A DNA stretch of 64,000 nt from Dehalococcoidia bacterium. GTDB lineage: Bacteria; Chloroflexota; Dehalococcoidia; Plut-88900. Positions 19,080-29,052 of this stretch are shown here, piece by piece. Position 1 is the first letter of the stretch. The number at the start of each line of letters is the position of its first letter. The notes beneath the pieces were generated by a model. That model made no database searches and was not told the origin of the DNA. It was given only the letters and a program-made list of their open reading frames with translations. The stretch covers positions 378,095 through 442,094 of the forward strand of contig CBDBLV010000002.1 in NCBI GenBank assembly GCA_965207225.1, read 5' to 3'. The translations under genes and the position numbers were made by a program.

Positions 19080-22000
19080 ATGACTCTTGCAACCGACGGC
19101 AATATAGTCGACATCCTTCGGGACTTTGGTGGCGACCCACAAAGGGCCGACAGCTTGGCCGCGTTCCTGGGTTTCGAACCGGTCTCAAGCCCGGAGGACC
19201 GCCTCGCTGGCGCGCTCTCCGGAGGGTTGAAACAATTCCTTCGGGGAAGTGGCGACAGAGGGTTTGACGTAAGTGAACTCTACCGCGTCGGAGGCCGGAA
19301 GGCAGACCCGGCGGAGGCAGGTCTATGGGTCGGGGTGCTTTCTGACTGGGGTCATCGGTCGTCAGATAGAGACCGCTCACGGCGGCGCATCACCCGCGCC
19401 CTCGTGGAACACGTACCTGATAGACGTGCTCTTGCACTGCTGGTCCCTCCCTCCACCAACCCGCGCCGCGAGGCCGAACTCGTTTTTCCCCGGACCCAGG
19501 TCGGCGCATCCAACGGCGCCGTGACGAGCGTCCGCGCTCACCTAGACCTCGACAACCCCACCCGGTTCCACCGGGACCTGCTAAGGGGGTTACGCATCAC
19601 TCCCGGCGCGAATCTTCTGGAAGTATCCAGGCTGTGGCAGCAGCAATTCAGTGTTGAGCGCGTCACCACCAGGTTCTACCATGAGTATGCCGCCGTCCGG
19701 GACCGTATAGCCAAGGCACTCTTAGCTGACAACCCGGACCATCCCGTAATCACTTCTCTCGGGGAGGAGGAGGCCCGCGCTTGGGCCACCCGACAGATGG
19801 GCCGGGTGCTCTTTCTTTGGTTCCTTCAGGCCAAGCGCTGGCTAGGAGCGCCCGGAGGGATGGGTTCGCCTACTTACTTGCTGAACCTTTGGTACAAGCG
19901 GGCAGAGACGCAAGAGGGCGAATATTATCGCGGCATCCTAGCCCCGATGTTCTTCGATGCGATGGCGACGGGAAGCAGCAGCCGGGGAGAGCATCCGGTC
20001 TTAGGCTTTGTACCTTATCTGAACGGCGGCCTGTTCCGCCGAAACGTTCTAGAGGACCGCATCGACGACGCGGGAGAGGTCTCCCTGCCGGACGAGGTGT
20101 TCGACCCCGATGCGGACAATGAAGAAGGCCAGCAGCAAACTCTCCTCGGCCTGCTTTCCCGCTATCGATTCACTACTAGGGAGTCAACGCCGGACGACCA
20201 GTCCGTTGACCCCGATCCGGAGCTTCTAGGCAGGGTATTCGAGAACCTATACCAAGGCGACGAGCGTCACGACACCGGCACCTACTACACACCCAGAGAG
20301 ATCGTCCACTTCATGTGCCGCGAGGTCTTGGACGGCTACCTGCGAGACGAAACAGGCGTCGACCAAGGTACCCTGGACAGCCTTCGCCAGGAAGCTGTCG
20401 GCTCTAGGGACGAGCATCAGCCCCTCTCAGGTATCCCCGCTGACGCCCTAATAGATGCGTTGGAAACCATCCGGGTGTGTGACCCGGCCGTCGGCTCCGG
20501 GGCATTTCTCTTAGGGGCCATCCAGGAGATGGTGGCCCTGCGTCGAGGAATTCTATTCTCTCAGCGAAGCTACGTCGAACCCCATGAGCTCTACCAGATG
20601 GTGAGTGAATGGAAGCGTCGCATCATCGAGAACAGCCTGTACGGAGTGGACATCAATCCGGAGGCTGTAGAGATATGCCGTCTGCGTCTCTGGCTCTCTA
20701 TGGTGCTGGACATGGACGAACCGCCTAATCCCAACTCAGATTGGGCGCTCCCCAATCTGGATTTCCAAATCCTTGCTGGCGACACCCTAGTGGACGGGAT
20801 AGCAGGTGTGGCCTTCAAGGAGTCCTGGCCCACACCCAGGGGCCTGCAGTTGGACATGGAACTCCAAGACAGCCTACAGAGACTGGAGCGAAACATCGAC
20901 CATCGGAGGCGAGAGTTCGAGAGGACACACAGAAACCCGAGACGCCTCCGGGAGTTGAGGGACCTCATTGCCAGGGACCAACGTGAAATCATCCTCTTGC
21001 ACCTAGCCGACGGGCTGAAGAGGGCCGAGGAGAAGTTGGAAACCCTGAGAAAGAGCGAGAAGCCTTCCAAAGCCGCGCTGAGCAGGGCTCAGCGCTTTAT
21101 AGAACGCATTCGTTCCCTGCTGGATGGTGTGCTGTCGACTGACTTCACAATGGTGCAAAAACCCTTTCTATGGCCCGTCGCCTTCCCCGAAGTCTTGCGT
21201 CAAGGCGACCCAGACGCAGGTTTCCACGTCGTGTTGGCCAACCCGCCTTACGTGAGGATGGAGAGAATTGACAACGAGGACGAACTCTTCTATGGAGAGG
21301 CCTTCCCGGAGGTGGTCGCGTCTCGGGCGGACATCCTCGTCTACTTCTACGCACGCGCCTTGCAGATACTCCGACCAGGCGGCTGGTTGTCTTTCATTAC
21401 CAGCAACAAATTCATGCGGGCGGGGTATGGAGCCGGAACACGTGAGCACCTCCCCGCTTCACTCCGTATCCAGCGGGTCGTCGACTTCGGTGACTTACCC
21501 CTCTTCGAGGCCAATGGCAGGGCCATAGCCGCATATCCGGCCGTGCTGGTGGGCAGCCGACATAAAGACACATCGGAACATGCCCTGAGAGTCGCAAACT
21601 TGGCCGGTCCCGTCCACAGGGAACTTTCCGACGCTGGCCTGAAGGTCAACACCGAGAACGTGCGTGGCGTACTGGAAGACTTAGACGGCCTACTAGCGAG
21701 AGCTGAAATACGGGACTTCCCTCAAGTGATGCTGAATAAAGACAGTTGGGTTCTGGAAGACCCTGCCCTGGTACGCCTCTTTGAGCGGTTAATGGCATCA
21801 GGCACGTCGTTGAGCAAGTTCGTTAGGGGGCGAATTTACAGAGGAGTAACTACGGGACTCAACGAGGCGTTCGTCATAGACCAGGCCAAGCGTGATGAGT
21901 TGGTAGAAGAGGACCCGCACAGCACGGATCTCATCAAGCCGTGGCTACGGGGTCGAGACATCAAGCGTTGGAAAGCGGATTCGCCTGGCCTCTACATCAT

Positions 22001-22706
22001 CTTTACCAATCGAGGGGTGGACATTAGCAAATATCCAGCAATTGAAGGTCACTTACGGTGGTTCCGAAATGATCTTGAGAATCGGGCTACGGCACACTTA
22101 CACCCGTGGTATGAACTTCAACAGCCACAAGAGGGCCTATATCACGAATTCGCCCACCCAAAGATTATCTTTAACCGGTTCGTGATTTCGCCCACTTTCG
22201 CATATGACAAGTCAGGGTCTTATCACAACGATGCCTGCTACTTTGTTATCCCGCCAAGTCCCTCAATAGCAGCAATCGTGAACTCGACTGTTGGTTGGTG
22301 GCTGCTATTGCATCTCTGCACAGCACTCCAGAATGGCTACATCCAAGTCTTTGTGCAATTCTTGCAGCAACTTCCGATTCCGGCACTCTCAGAAGACGTC
22401 GACAACCTTCTTGCTCAGCATGTCGAGACCTTGGCGAAGGGCATTGATGCTCCTGATATTGAGAGAGAAATCGATACCATCATTTTTGAAGCCTACGGCC
22501 TATCAGTTAACGAACGTAAGCTGATCCTAGACTGGCTGGGAGACCGGCGGGAGGCTCTTGGCGTGGAGATGTCCCCGGACTGGAGGAAACTCAACGCGCT
22601 GAGAGCAACGGCGGGTGCTTGGAAGGGCAGCATCGACGGGAATAAGCTGATTGAAGACATCTACGCTAGCCGGCTTATAGACACACGGCCCGAGCCGAGG
22701 CTTTGA
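19080..22706 (+). CDS. Eco57I/TaqI-like N6-adenine DNA methyltransferase with TaqI_C-type specificity domain and antitoxin-like C-terminal tail
   Basis: YLNGGLF, GTYYTP, CDPAVGSGAF, NPPY and LRGRDIKRW motifs; about 58 extra residues after the usual EID..YGL end. Confidence 0.9.
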   Translation: MTLATDGNIVDILRDFGGDPQRADSLAAFLGFEPVSSPEDRLAGALSGGLKQFLRGSGDRGFDVSELYRVGGRKADPAEAGLWVGVLSDWGHRSSDRDRSRRRITRALVEHVPDRRALALLVPPSTNPRREAELVFPRTQVGASNGAVTSVRAHLDLDNPTRFHRDLLRGLRITPGANLLEVSRLWQQQFSVERVTTRFYHEYAAVRDRIAKALLADNPDHPVITSLGEEEARAWATRQMGRVLFLWFLQAKRWLGAPGGMGSPTYLLNLWYKRAETQEGEYYRGILAPMFFDAMATGSSSRGEHPVLGFVPYLNGGLFRRNVLEDRIDDAGEVSLPDEVFDPDADNEEGQQQTLLGLLSRYRFTTRESTPDDQSVDPDPELLGRVFENLYQGDERHDTGTYYTPREIVHFMCREVLDGYLRDETGVDQGTLDSLRQEAVGSRDEHQPLSGIPADALIDALETIRVCDPAVGSGAFLLGAIQEMVALRRGILFSQRSYVEPHELYQMVSEWKRRIIENSLYGVDINPEAVEICRLRLWLSMVLDMDEPPNPNSDWALPNLDFQILAGDTLVDGIAGVAFKESWPTPRGLQLDMELQDSLQRLERNIDHRRREFERTHRNPRRLRELRDLIARDQREIILLHLADGLKRAEEKLETLRKSEKPSKAALSRAQRFIERIRSLLDGVLSTDFTMVQKPFLWPVAFPEVLRQGDPDAGFHVVLANPPYVRMERIDNEDELFYGEAFPEVVASRADILVYFYARALQILRPGGWLSFITSNKFMRAGYGAGTREHLPASLRIQRVVDFGDLPLFEANGRAIAAYPAVLVGSRHKDTSEHALRVANLAGPVHRELSDAGLKVNTENVRGVLEDLDGLLARAEIRDFPQVMLNKDSWVLEDPALVRLFERLMASGTSLSKFVRGRIYRGVTTGLNEAFVIDQAKRDELVEEDPHSTDLIKPWLRGRDIKRWKADSPGLYIIFTNRGVDISKYPAIEGHLRWFRNDLENRATAHLHPWYELQQPQEGLYHEFAHPKIIFNRFVISPTFAYDKSGSYHNDACYFVIPPSPSIAAIVNSTVGWWLLLHLCTALQNGYIQVFVQFLQQLPIPALSEDVDNLLAQHVETLAKGIDAPDIEREIDTIIFEAYGLSVNERKLILDWLGDRREALGVEMSPDWRKLNALRATAGAWKGSIDGNKLIEDIYASRLIDTRPEPRL

Positions 22707-22710
22707 AGAA

Positions 22711-23103
22711 GTGAAATATCTGGTGGATACGGACTGGATAATCCTTCACTTCCGTGGCAATAGAGAAGTGGCTCGGCGCCTGGAAGAGTTGACGCCCGAT
22801 GGGATTGGCCTGAGCATAGTATCGATGGGCGAACTCTATGAGGGGGTGTATAAGGCCTCGGACCCTACGGGGAATGAGAGAGCGTTGCGATTGATACTCT
22901 CTGAGATCGACGTGGTTCACATAGACGATGAAGTGTCCAGGATATACGGGCAGCAAAGCGGCAGGTTAAGAACTGCCAATGCTCTCCCTGGCAATAACGA
23001 CATTTGGATAGGGGCTACGGCTTTGCGTCACGACCTCACGTTACTCACGAACAATAGACGCCACTTTGAACGGATGCAGGGGCTGAGCATCGTTTCGGTG
23101 TAG
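22711..23103 (+). CDS. vapC: PIN-domain toxin (VapC), no separate antitoxin gene
   Basis: YLVDTDW, GELYEG, NDIWIGATAL and LTNNRRHF motifs. Confidence 0.92.
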   Translation: MKYLVDTDWIILHFRGNREVARRLEELTPDGIGLSIVSMGELYEGVYKASDPTGNERALRLILSEIDVVHIDDEVSRIYGQQSGRLRTANALPGNNDIWIGATALRHDLTLLTNNRRHFERMQGLSIVSV

Positions 23104-23148
23104 AGTAATTACGAGTTTGGCCCAAGCAACATTGGATGCAGAAAGCCA

Positions 23149-24420
23149 ATGCGAAGTGACCCGTCTGTAAAGCAACTCTATGTGGCGGAGGTGAAAGCGC
23201 CCTCTTATTTCCATGTGGAGAGTGAAGTCAGGGATCCGTTGCCTAACCCCGGTGGATTTGAAGTCAGTAAGGGATATTGGATAGTACGCCCACCTGACGA
23301 ACAATCTGCAGTTGAAGGATATGCTAACCTGGCCCTCACCATCCTTTTCTCCAGTAAGACACTCAAAGATGCTGAAGATCATGCCTTGAAAGTAGGCAGG
23401 TTGTTTAGTGATCTAACGTCTGCCTTCGGTGGATACCCCCTCGGTCCGCCACGCCTCAGTAGAATTGCCTCGGTTGATTTATCCGAGAAGCTGCTAACAC
23501 AGCACAACTACAGCTACGACGACCGACTGCATGAATCTCTAGGTGGGACGTTTGCCCCAATTGTCCAGCACCGATATCTGAGATACCTCGAGGCCTTCTC
23601 TTCCACCGATGGAGACACTAGATATCGGCTACAGTTGGCGCTGCATTGGTACGGAATTGCGGTTAGCGCCGATGATCCGATAGTCAGTTATGTGGCGGCA
23701 TGGACAGGTCTTGAGTGTATAGGCCTCGTGATGGACTTGAGGTTCCATACCCAAGGATCCAAAGCGCCCTGCCGAACCTGTGGAAATGAGGCGGGTAAGG
23801 ATAGAGACCGGACAATGGCAGGGATAGAGCACGGTTTCAATTCCGAGACAATTGAACCGATAGAGGGTTTCTCACACGAGAAGGCTCATCAGCTACGCAA
23901 CGATGTTGTGCATGGCTTGAGGCCGAGGGAATTACTTGTGCAAGACTGTTCAACATTTAGGCAATTCCTGATTGATTTACTAAATGCAACTATTTTGACG
24001 GCGCTCTCTCCCCCGGAGTACAGCCAAGAGCAATCTATAAGATCGATTATGGCGGGAGACTATGAGAATCGACCTTGCTCTCGGGCGTCAATCAAATTCA
24101 GAATTGGACAAGTGTCGCCTTATCTGGGGGAGTGGATTCAAGGCAATGTGCGTAGACAATCCAGAAGAGGCACTTATGGCGACGGGAAACCTGATTTGGA
24201 GATAAGCATCAATTCGGCTTGGGGCATGAATGAGGAGCAATGCGCCTTTGTAGAAGCTCGCAGCTACGAGGAGTTCAGAAGATCAGGATTTGGGGAATAT
24301 CCCTTGCCAGACGGTAATAGCATGCCAGCGTTCATTCCATGGCAGGACAGACCATCGTGGCCCGCTTGGAAAAGCGTCTCCGGCAGATGGTGGGAGTCCG
24401 GGCAAGCACTACAAGTGTGA
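23149..24420 (+). CDS. HEPN-like (ApeA/MauJ-like) protein
   Basis: ALHWY...AWTGLE helix pair, CRTC insertion, RNDVVH (R-x4-H) motif. Confidence 0.6.
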   Translation: MRSDPSVKQLYVAEVKAPSYFHVESEVRDPLPNPGGFEVSKGYWIVRPPDEQSAVEGYANLALTILFSSKTLKDAEDHALKVGRLFSDLTSAFGGYPLGPPRLSRIASVDLSEKLLTQHNYSYDDRLHESLGGTFAPIVQHRYLRYLEAFSSTDGDTRYRLQLALHWYGIAVSADDPIVSYVAAWTGLECIGLVMDLRFHTQGSKAPCRTCGNEAGKDRDRTMAGIEHGFNSETIEPIEGFSHEKAHQLRNDVVHGLRPRELLVQDCSTFRQFLIDLLNATILTALSPPEYSQEQSIRSIMAGDYENRPCSRASIKFRIGQVSPYLGEWIQGNVRRQSRRGTYGDGKPDLEISINSAWGMNEEQCAFVEARSYEEFRRSGFGEYPLPDGNSMPAFIPWQDRPSWPAWKSVSGRWWESGQALQV

Positions 24421-24434
24421 CAGATAAGAGCGGC

Positions 24435-27400
24435 ATGACCTCTGAAAGCACTGACATCCATCCCATAGCTAATGAGTCGACCACCGGCTCGATGCGAGAG
24501 CATCTTGTGGGGGCGCTGTCCCGTGTAATCGCCCAGGACATCCGTATAGCAACAGCCTACCTCACTCCCGATGGCTTCCTGGACCTGAGGCACGGTATGG
24601 AAGGCGCCGCCAGCGTTCGGCTGTTGCTGGGGGAGCGGCCCTTCATGAATCGGCGTGGCCCGGGCGATGTTCTTTCCCAACCCGGCGACCATGACGAGCT
24701 TCAAGGCCCAGCCGAGTCAATCGACTGGTACACATTTCTTGACGGCGGGTACCCCTGGTTGCTGCTCACCCACGAAGAACGTCGGGAGCTTCTATCCCGT
24801 GGCCTGACTCCCGAAGCGGCAGCCTTCGACCTTTCCGCGTGGGAGCGGGTCACTAAGCTGGCCGAGTTTCTGAGAAGGGACAGCGTCGAGGTTAGGCGGT
24901 TCCTGGGGTCCGATAAGGGCAAGGTACTGCCCGAAGAGGTGCTGGATCATCGCTCGCCCAGAAACCGGCTTCACGCAAAGGCGTATCTCTTCTCCGGCGA
25001 GATGGGGCAATATGCCACCGTCGGCTCCAGCAACCTCACCAAGAGCGGCCTATCCGAAAACTCCGAGCTGAATCTCGCCTCCTACGACCACGATCTGACG
25101 GTGCAACTGGAAGGCTGGTTCGACGAGAAATGGGAGCTTGGGCAGGACTGCAAAGCGCAGTTCATCCAGCGCCTAGAAGAATGTGTCCTGTTCGGGAGGC
25201 GCTACACCCCGTGGCAGGTCATGCTCAAGTCTCTGCACGCTGCCTACGGCCGGTTCCTGGAGATGGGGCTGTCTGAAGAGGTCATGGGGAGGCTGGCCGG
25301 GTTCCAGCAGCAGGCCGTCCAACGTTGCGTGGCACTGCTGAGGCGCCACTGGGGAGCCATGCTGTGCGACTCAGTGGGCCTCGGCAAGACCTACGAAGGC
25401 TTGGGCATCCTTCGGGAGTTCGCCAACCAGCGGAATGATGACCCGCAACGAGTGAGCACCTCGACGCGGGCGTTGATAGTCTGCCCCGCCCAGCTTCAGG
25501 ATAATTGGAGCGCCGACAGGTTCGCCGAGTGGGGAATCATCGCCACCACAGTCACTATGGAGTCTCTGCCCAGCCTCGCAGACATCGAGGATGAACCATC
25601 ACCCGTTCAACGGCAACGGCTCAGGTTCGAGTTGAAGCGTTACCAGGACCAGTACGATGTCATACTGGTAGACGAGTCTCACAACTTCCGCAACCCTAGG
25701 ACGAAGCGCTATCGCGCCCTCATGGAGATCATCCGAGGAGGCAAGCCGGACACCAGGGTGGTGTTGATGACAGCCACGCCCATCAACAACTCCGTCTGGG
25801 ACCTGTACCACCAGCTCATGCTCATCACGAGGGGAGATGACACTTGGTATGCGGGGCGAGGGCCGATACCCAACCTGAAAGCGGCGTTTCAAGCCATTGA
25901 GAAAGGGGAGTCCGACTCCGGCCTACTTGACGCCATGATGCTGTCTCTAGTTCGCCGGACCCGACATGACATACGGTCCATGCAGGAGGCGGGAGAGACG
26001 ATGGAGGTAAATGGGCAACCACTCCGGTTTCCGGAGCACGAGATACCGAAGGCGGTGGACTACAGCCTGCAAGGCCTGTACGGAAATATCTACCACGACA
26101 TCATCGACGCCATTGAGCACCTCAACTTCGCCGTCTACCGCCTGGATGAGTACGGTGTAGAGACAGGGGAGAAGGAGACCAGTGCACAACTGAGGCAACG
26201 CAATGCCAACTTCGTCGGCATCATGCGCACCATCCTCCTAAAGCGAATGGAGAGTTCTCTGGCTGCGCTCACATCCACGGTGAGAAGTCTTGTGGACTAT
26301 CTCAACCTCTTCCTGGGGAGGTTGGGACAAGATCGTGTCCTGACGCCCAAGCAAGCCTACAAGCTGAGGGGAGTGTTGGGAGGATCGTTGCCAGACCACG
26401 ATCAGGACATAGAGGACATGGACCCCAAGGCAGTGGCGGCATTGCAACAGGAGTTGGCCGCACCGGAGGACCTAGACCTTCGCGGGCGGTTGCAGGCCGA
26501 CGTGGAGTTCGACAGGGAGAGGCTTCAGACGTTGCTCACTCGACTTCAGTGGCTGGAGGAGATGCTAGCAGAACAGGGGGACCCCAAGGCCCAGGCCGTC
26601 CGCAAGCTGCTCGAAGGGCTTCCGAAAGAGGACAACCACGGGCAACCCACCAAGGTGGCCTTGTTTACGACGTACAAGGACACCGCTCAACACCTCTTCA
26701 AGCAGTTTGGCGGAGAAGTGGATGCTTTGAAAAGCGCCGTACGCGTTAAGAGCAATCTGGAGGACGCACGGTGGATGTCGCTGCTCACTGGAGGAGACGA
26801 CCAGAATCGGCGGCGCTTGGTGCTTGAGCGCTTCGCACCACTGGCAGCCCATCGAGAGACCGAACCTCTGGACAACACAGCCTTGCTGAAGAAGATAGGA
26901 CCTTTGAGAGCTCAGGGCATCGAACTGTTGATAGCTACGGATGTGCTTTCGGAGGGTCAGAACCTCCAAGATGCCCAGTTTCTGATCAACTACGACCTGC
27001 CTTGGAATCCGGTAAGAATGATTCAGCGGGCCGGTCGCATCGATCGTCTGTTCTCCCCCCATGACAAGGTGTACATCTACAACCTGATGCCCGAGGATGG
27101 CTTGGAGGACCTGCTGAATCTGGTTCAGAATCTAACCAGGAAGATTGAGGCCATTGAGGACGCGGTTGCTCTAGACGCCTCGGTGCTCGGAGAGCAGATC
27201 GAGGCTAAGGAACTAGACAAGGTGATGAAGCTGCGCGCCGGCGGCGTCCAGGCAGATCAGGTATACCGCGAGGGAGAGCGCAGCCAGGGGCTGGACGAGG
27301 GAGCGGAACTGCTGAATAGGTACCTGGACATGATGAAAGAGTTCGCCACAGAGGATGTGAAGGATATTCCAAACGGGGTATACAGTGTGAAGAAGGGCAT

Positions 27401-28016
27401 GGTCAACGGAGTCTACATCATGCTGAAAATGCCCGAAGAAGCATCGGGCGAAGTGTTCTGGCGATTTTACCCCGTGGGCAATGTGGCGCAGCCGATGACG
27501 TCGCCAAACGATGTCCTATCGATTGTGGAGGCCAGCAGAGACGAACACCGCTTCGAGATCCCGTCTGATGATAACCCATTCAAGAACTTGACCGAACCCC
27601 TGAAAGCCGCCGTCGACCAGATCGGCAGAGCATACTTGGACGCCATATCCGCAGTAACTTCTGACAGCTTCACGAAGCGCATCAGGCAGTTCCTCAATCG
27701 TGATGATCTACTGCAATCTCAACCTGATTTGTTCAAATTCTTCAACGACTGGGTTGAGATGCCATTGCCTTCTGACGCAACCAGGCGGGTAGGAATGAGA
27801 GATCCTGTTCGAGTCATGAACCAGCTTACGCCAACTCGCGCAGAGTTGGGCCAAGTGGTTCAAGCACTGATTCCCCTTCGAGAAGCTATCAGGGCTGAGG
27901 GTCTTGACCGCCCTATCGCACGACCCGAGACCAAGAAGCCATCGGTAGAGGACTTGGAGCTAGTGGCGTGGGAGCTTGTAGTCGGGCCGGACGGCTTGTC
28001 GGCGGAGCCTAGATGA
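24435..28016 (+). CDS. PLD-nuclease domain-SNF2-like helicase
   Basis: LHAKAY...GSSNLT PLD motif; DSVGLGKT, DESH, TATP, LSEGQNLQ and QRAGRIDR helicase motifs. Confidence 0.92.
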   Translation: MTSESTDIHPIANESTTGSMREHLVGALSRVIAQDIRIATAYLTPDGFLDLRHGMEGAASVRLLLGERPFMNRRGPGDVLSQPGDHDELQGPAESIDWYTFLDGGYPWLLLTHEERRELLSRGLTPEAAAFDLSAWERVTKLAEFLRRDSVEVRRFLGSDKGKVLPEEVLDHRSPRNRLHAKAYLFSGEMGQYATVGSSNLTKSGLSENSELNLASYDHDLTVQLEGWFDEKWELGQDCKAQFIQRLEECVLFGRRYTPWQVMLKSLHAAYGRFLEMGLSEEVMGRLAGFQQQAVQRCVALLRRHWGAMLCDSVGLGKTYEGLGILREFANQRNDDPQRVSTSTRALIVCPAQLQDNWSADRFAEWGIIATTVTMESLPSLADIEDEPSPVQRQRLRFELKRYQDQYDVILVDESHNFRNPRTKRYRALMEIIRGGKPDTRVVLMTATPINNSVWDLYHQLMLITRGDDTWYAGRGPIPNLKAAFQAIEKGESDSGLLDAMMLSLVRRTRHDIRSMQEAGETMEVNGQPLRFPEHEIPKAVDYSLQGLYGNIYHDIIDAIEHLNFAVYRLDEYGVETGEKETSAQLRQRNANFVGIMRTILLKRMESSLAALTSTVRSLVDYLNLFLGRLGQDRVLTPKQAYKLRGVLGGSLPDHDQDIEDMDPKAVAALQQELAAPEDLDLRGRLQADVEFDRERLQTLLTRLQWLEEMLAEQGDPKAQAVRKLLEGLPKEDNHGQPTKVALFTTYKDTAQHLFKQFGGEVDALKSAVRVKSNLEDARWMSLLTGGDDQNRRRLVLERFAPLAAHRETEPLDNTALLKKIGPLRAQGIELLIATDVLSEGQNLQDAQFLINYDLPWNPVRMIQRAGRIDRLFSPHDKVYIYNLMPEDGLEDLLNLVQNLTRKIEAIEDAVALDASVLGEQIEAKELDKVMKLRAGGVQADQVYREGERSQGLDEGAELLNRYLDMMKEFATEDVKDIPNGVYSVKKGMVNGVYIMLKMPEEASGEVFWRFYPVGNVAQPMTSPNDVLSIVEASRDEHRFEIPSDDNPFKNLTEPLKAAVDQIGRAYLDAISAVTSDSFTKRIRQFLNRDDLLQSQPDLFKFFNDWVEMPLPSDATRRVGMRDPVRVMNQLTPTRAELGQVVQALIPLREAIRAEGLDRPIARPETKKPSVEDLELVAWELVVGPDGLSAEPR

Positions 28017-29035
28017 GGCAATGGAGTCCCGGACGCCGAACGGAGGCTATTCCCGAAAAGGCCTGGGACCCTGTGCAGTGGGAGAATGACCTTCCCTTTA
28101 GAATCCTGTCGATTGATGGTGGTGGCATAAGGGGAATCTTTCCGGCGGCAGTCCTTACCTACCTGGAGCAGGAGCGCCTCCAGGGTAAGAGCATTGGAGA
28201 CTACTTCGACCTGATTGCCGGCACGTCGACGGGCGGCATTCTCGCCTTGGGATTGGGCGCGGGGTTAACCGCTGGCGAGATTCTTCAAATGTACCTTGAG
28301 GAGGGACATCGAGTGTTCCCCTCGGGAGGTAGAGGGCCAATAGGCAGGGCCAGGAGGTTGGTCTCGGCCCAGTACGACCGTAGGCACCTCGATGAACTGC
28401 TATCTCAGAGGCTTGGCAACAAGACGCTGAGAGGGTCAAAGTACCGCCTTCTGATTCCTTCGACGGAGGGGCGTAACGGAGGGGTCTATGTCTTCAAGAC
28501 CCCGCATCACCCGGGCTATATCCTTGACGGCGATGAGCGGATGAGTGCGGTGGCAGCTGCGACGTCCGCGGCGCCAACCTACTTTACCTCCTTCGAGCAA
28601 GGCGGATACACGTTTCTCGACGGTGGCATCTGGGCCAACAATCCCACGATGATCGCACTGGTGGAGGCCCTCTCCCGCTTCACTACGCTGCGTGAAGACA
28701 TCAGGGTATTCAGCATCGGCTGCGGCCAGAAGCCGTTTCAGGTCACCGAAGGACAGGCCAGGAACTCAGGCATGGTGCATTGGCGGAGCATCATAGACGT
28801 GGCTATGCACCTTCAATCGGTCACAGCGTTGAACCAAGCTGGCCTGCTGATTGGGAGGGAGCATGTAACCAGGCTGGATCGACCTGACGGAAGCAGGCCC
28901 ATCGATCTGGACGATTGGAAGAAAGCAAAGGATTTTCTGCCCGTTGAAGCCCAGGAGGTCGTTCGCGATAGTGCAAGCCATTTGGCGCAGACCTTCCTAA
29001 CCCACCCTGCCCTGCCGTTCACTCCGCTGGCCTAA
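28013..29035 (+). CDS. CBASS patatin-like phospholipase effector (CapV-like)
   Basis: DGGGIRG, GTSTG and DGG motifs; adjacent to a CD-NTase. Confidence 0.9.
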   Translation: MRQWSPGRRTEAIPEKAWDPVQWENDLPFRILSIDGGGIRGIFPAAVLTYLEQERLQGKSIGDYFDLIAGTSTGGILALGLGAGLTAGEILQMYLEEGHRVFPSGGRGPIGRARRLVSAQYDRRHLDELLSQRLGNKTLRGSKYRLLIPSTEGRNGGVYVFKTPHHPGYILDGDERMSAVAAATSAAPTYFTSFEQGGYTFLDGGIWANNPTMIALVEALSRFTTLREDIRVFSIGCGQKPFQVTEGQARNSGMVHWRSIIDVAMHLQSVTALNQAGLLIGREHVTRLDRPDGSRPIDLDDWKKAKDFLPVEAQEVVRDSASHLAQTFLTHPALPFTPLA

Positions 29036-29052
29036 TCTCCATAGGGCGCTTG

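Noticed and set aside
24339-24434. Helicase start overlapping the HEPN-like gene
   Set aside because: ATG at 24435 removes the overlap; the extension has no recognisable content
19080-28016. Calling the locus DISARM or BREX
   Set aside because: No DrmA/DrmB (DUF1998), PglZ or BrxC gene present
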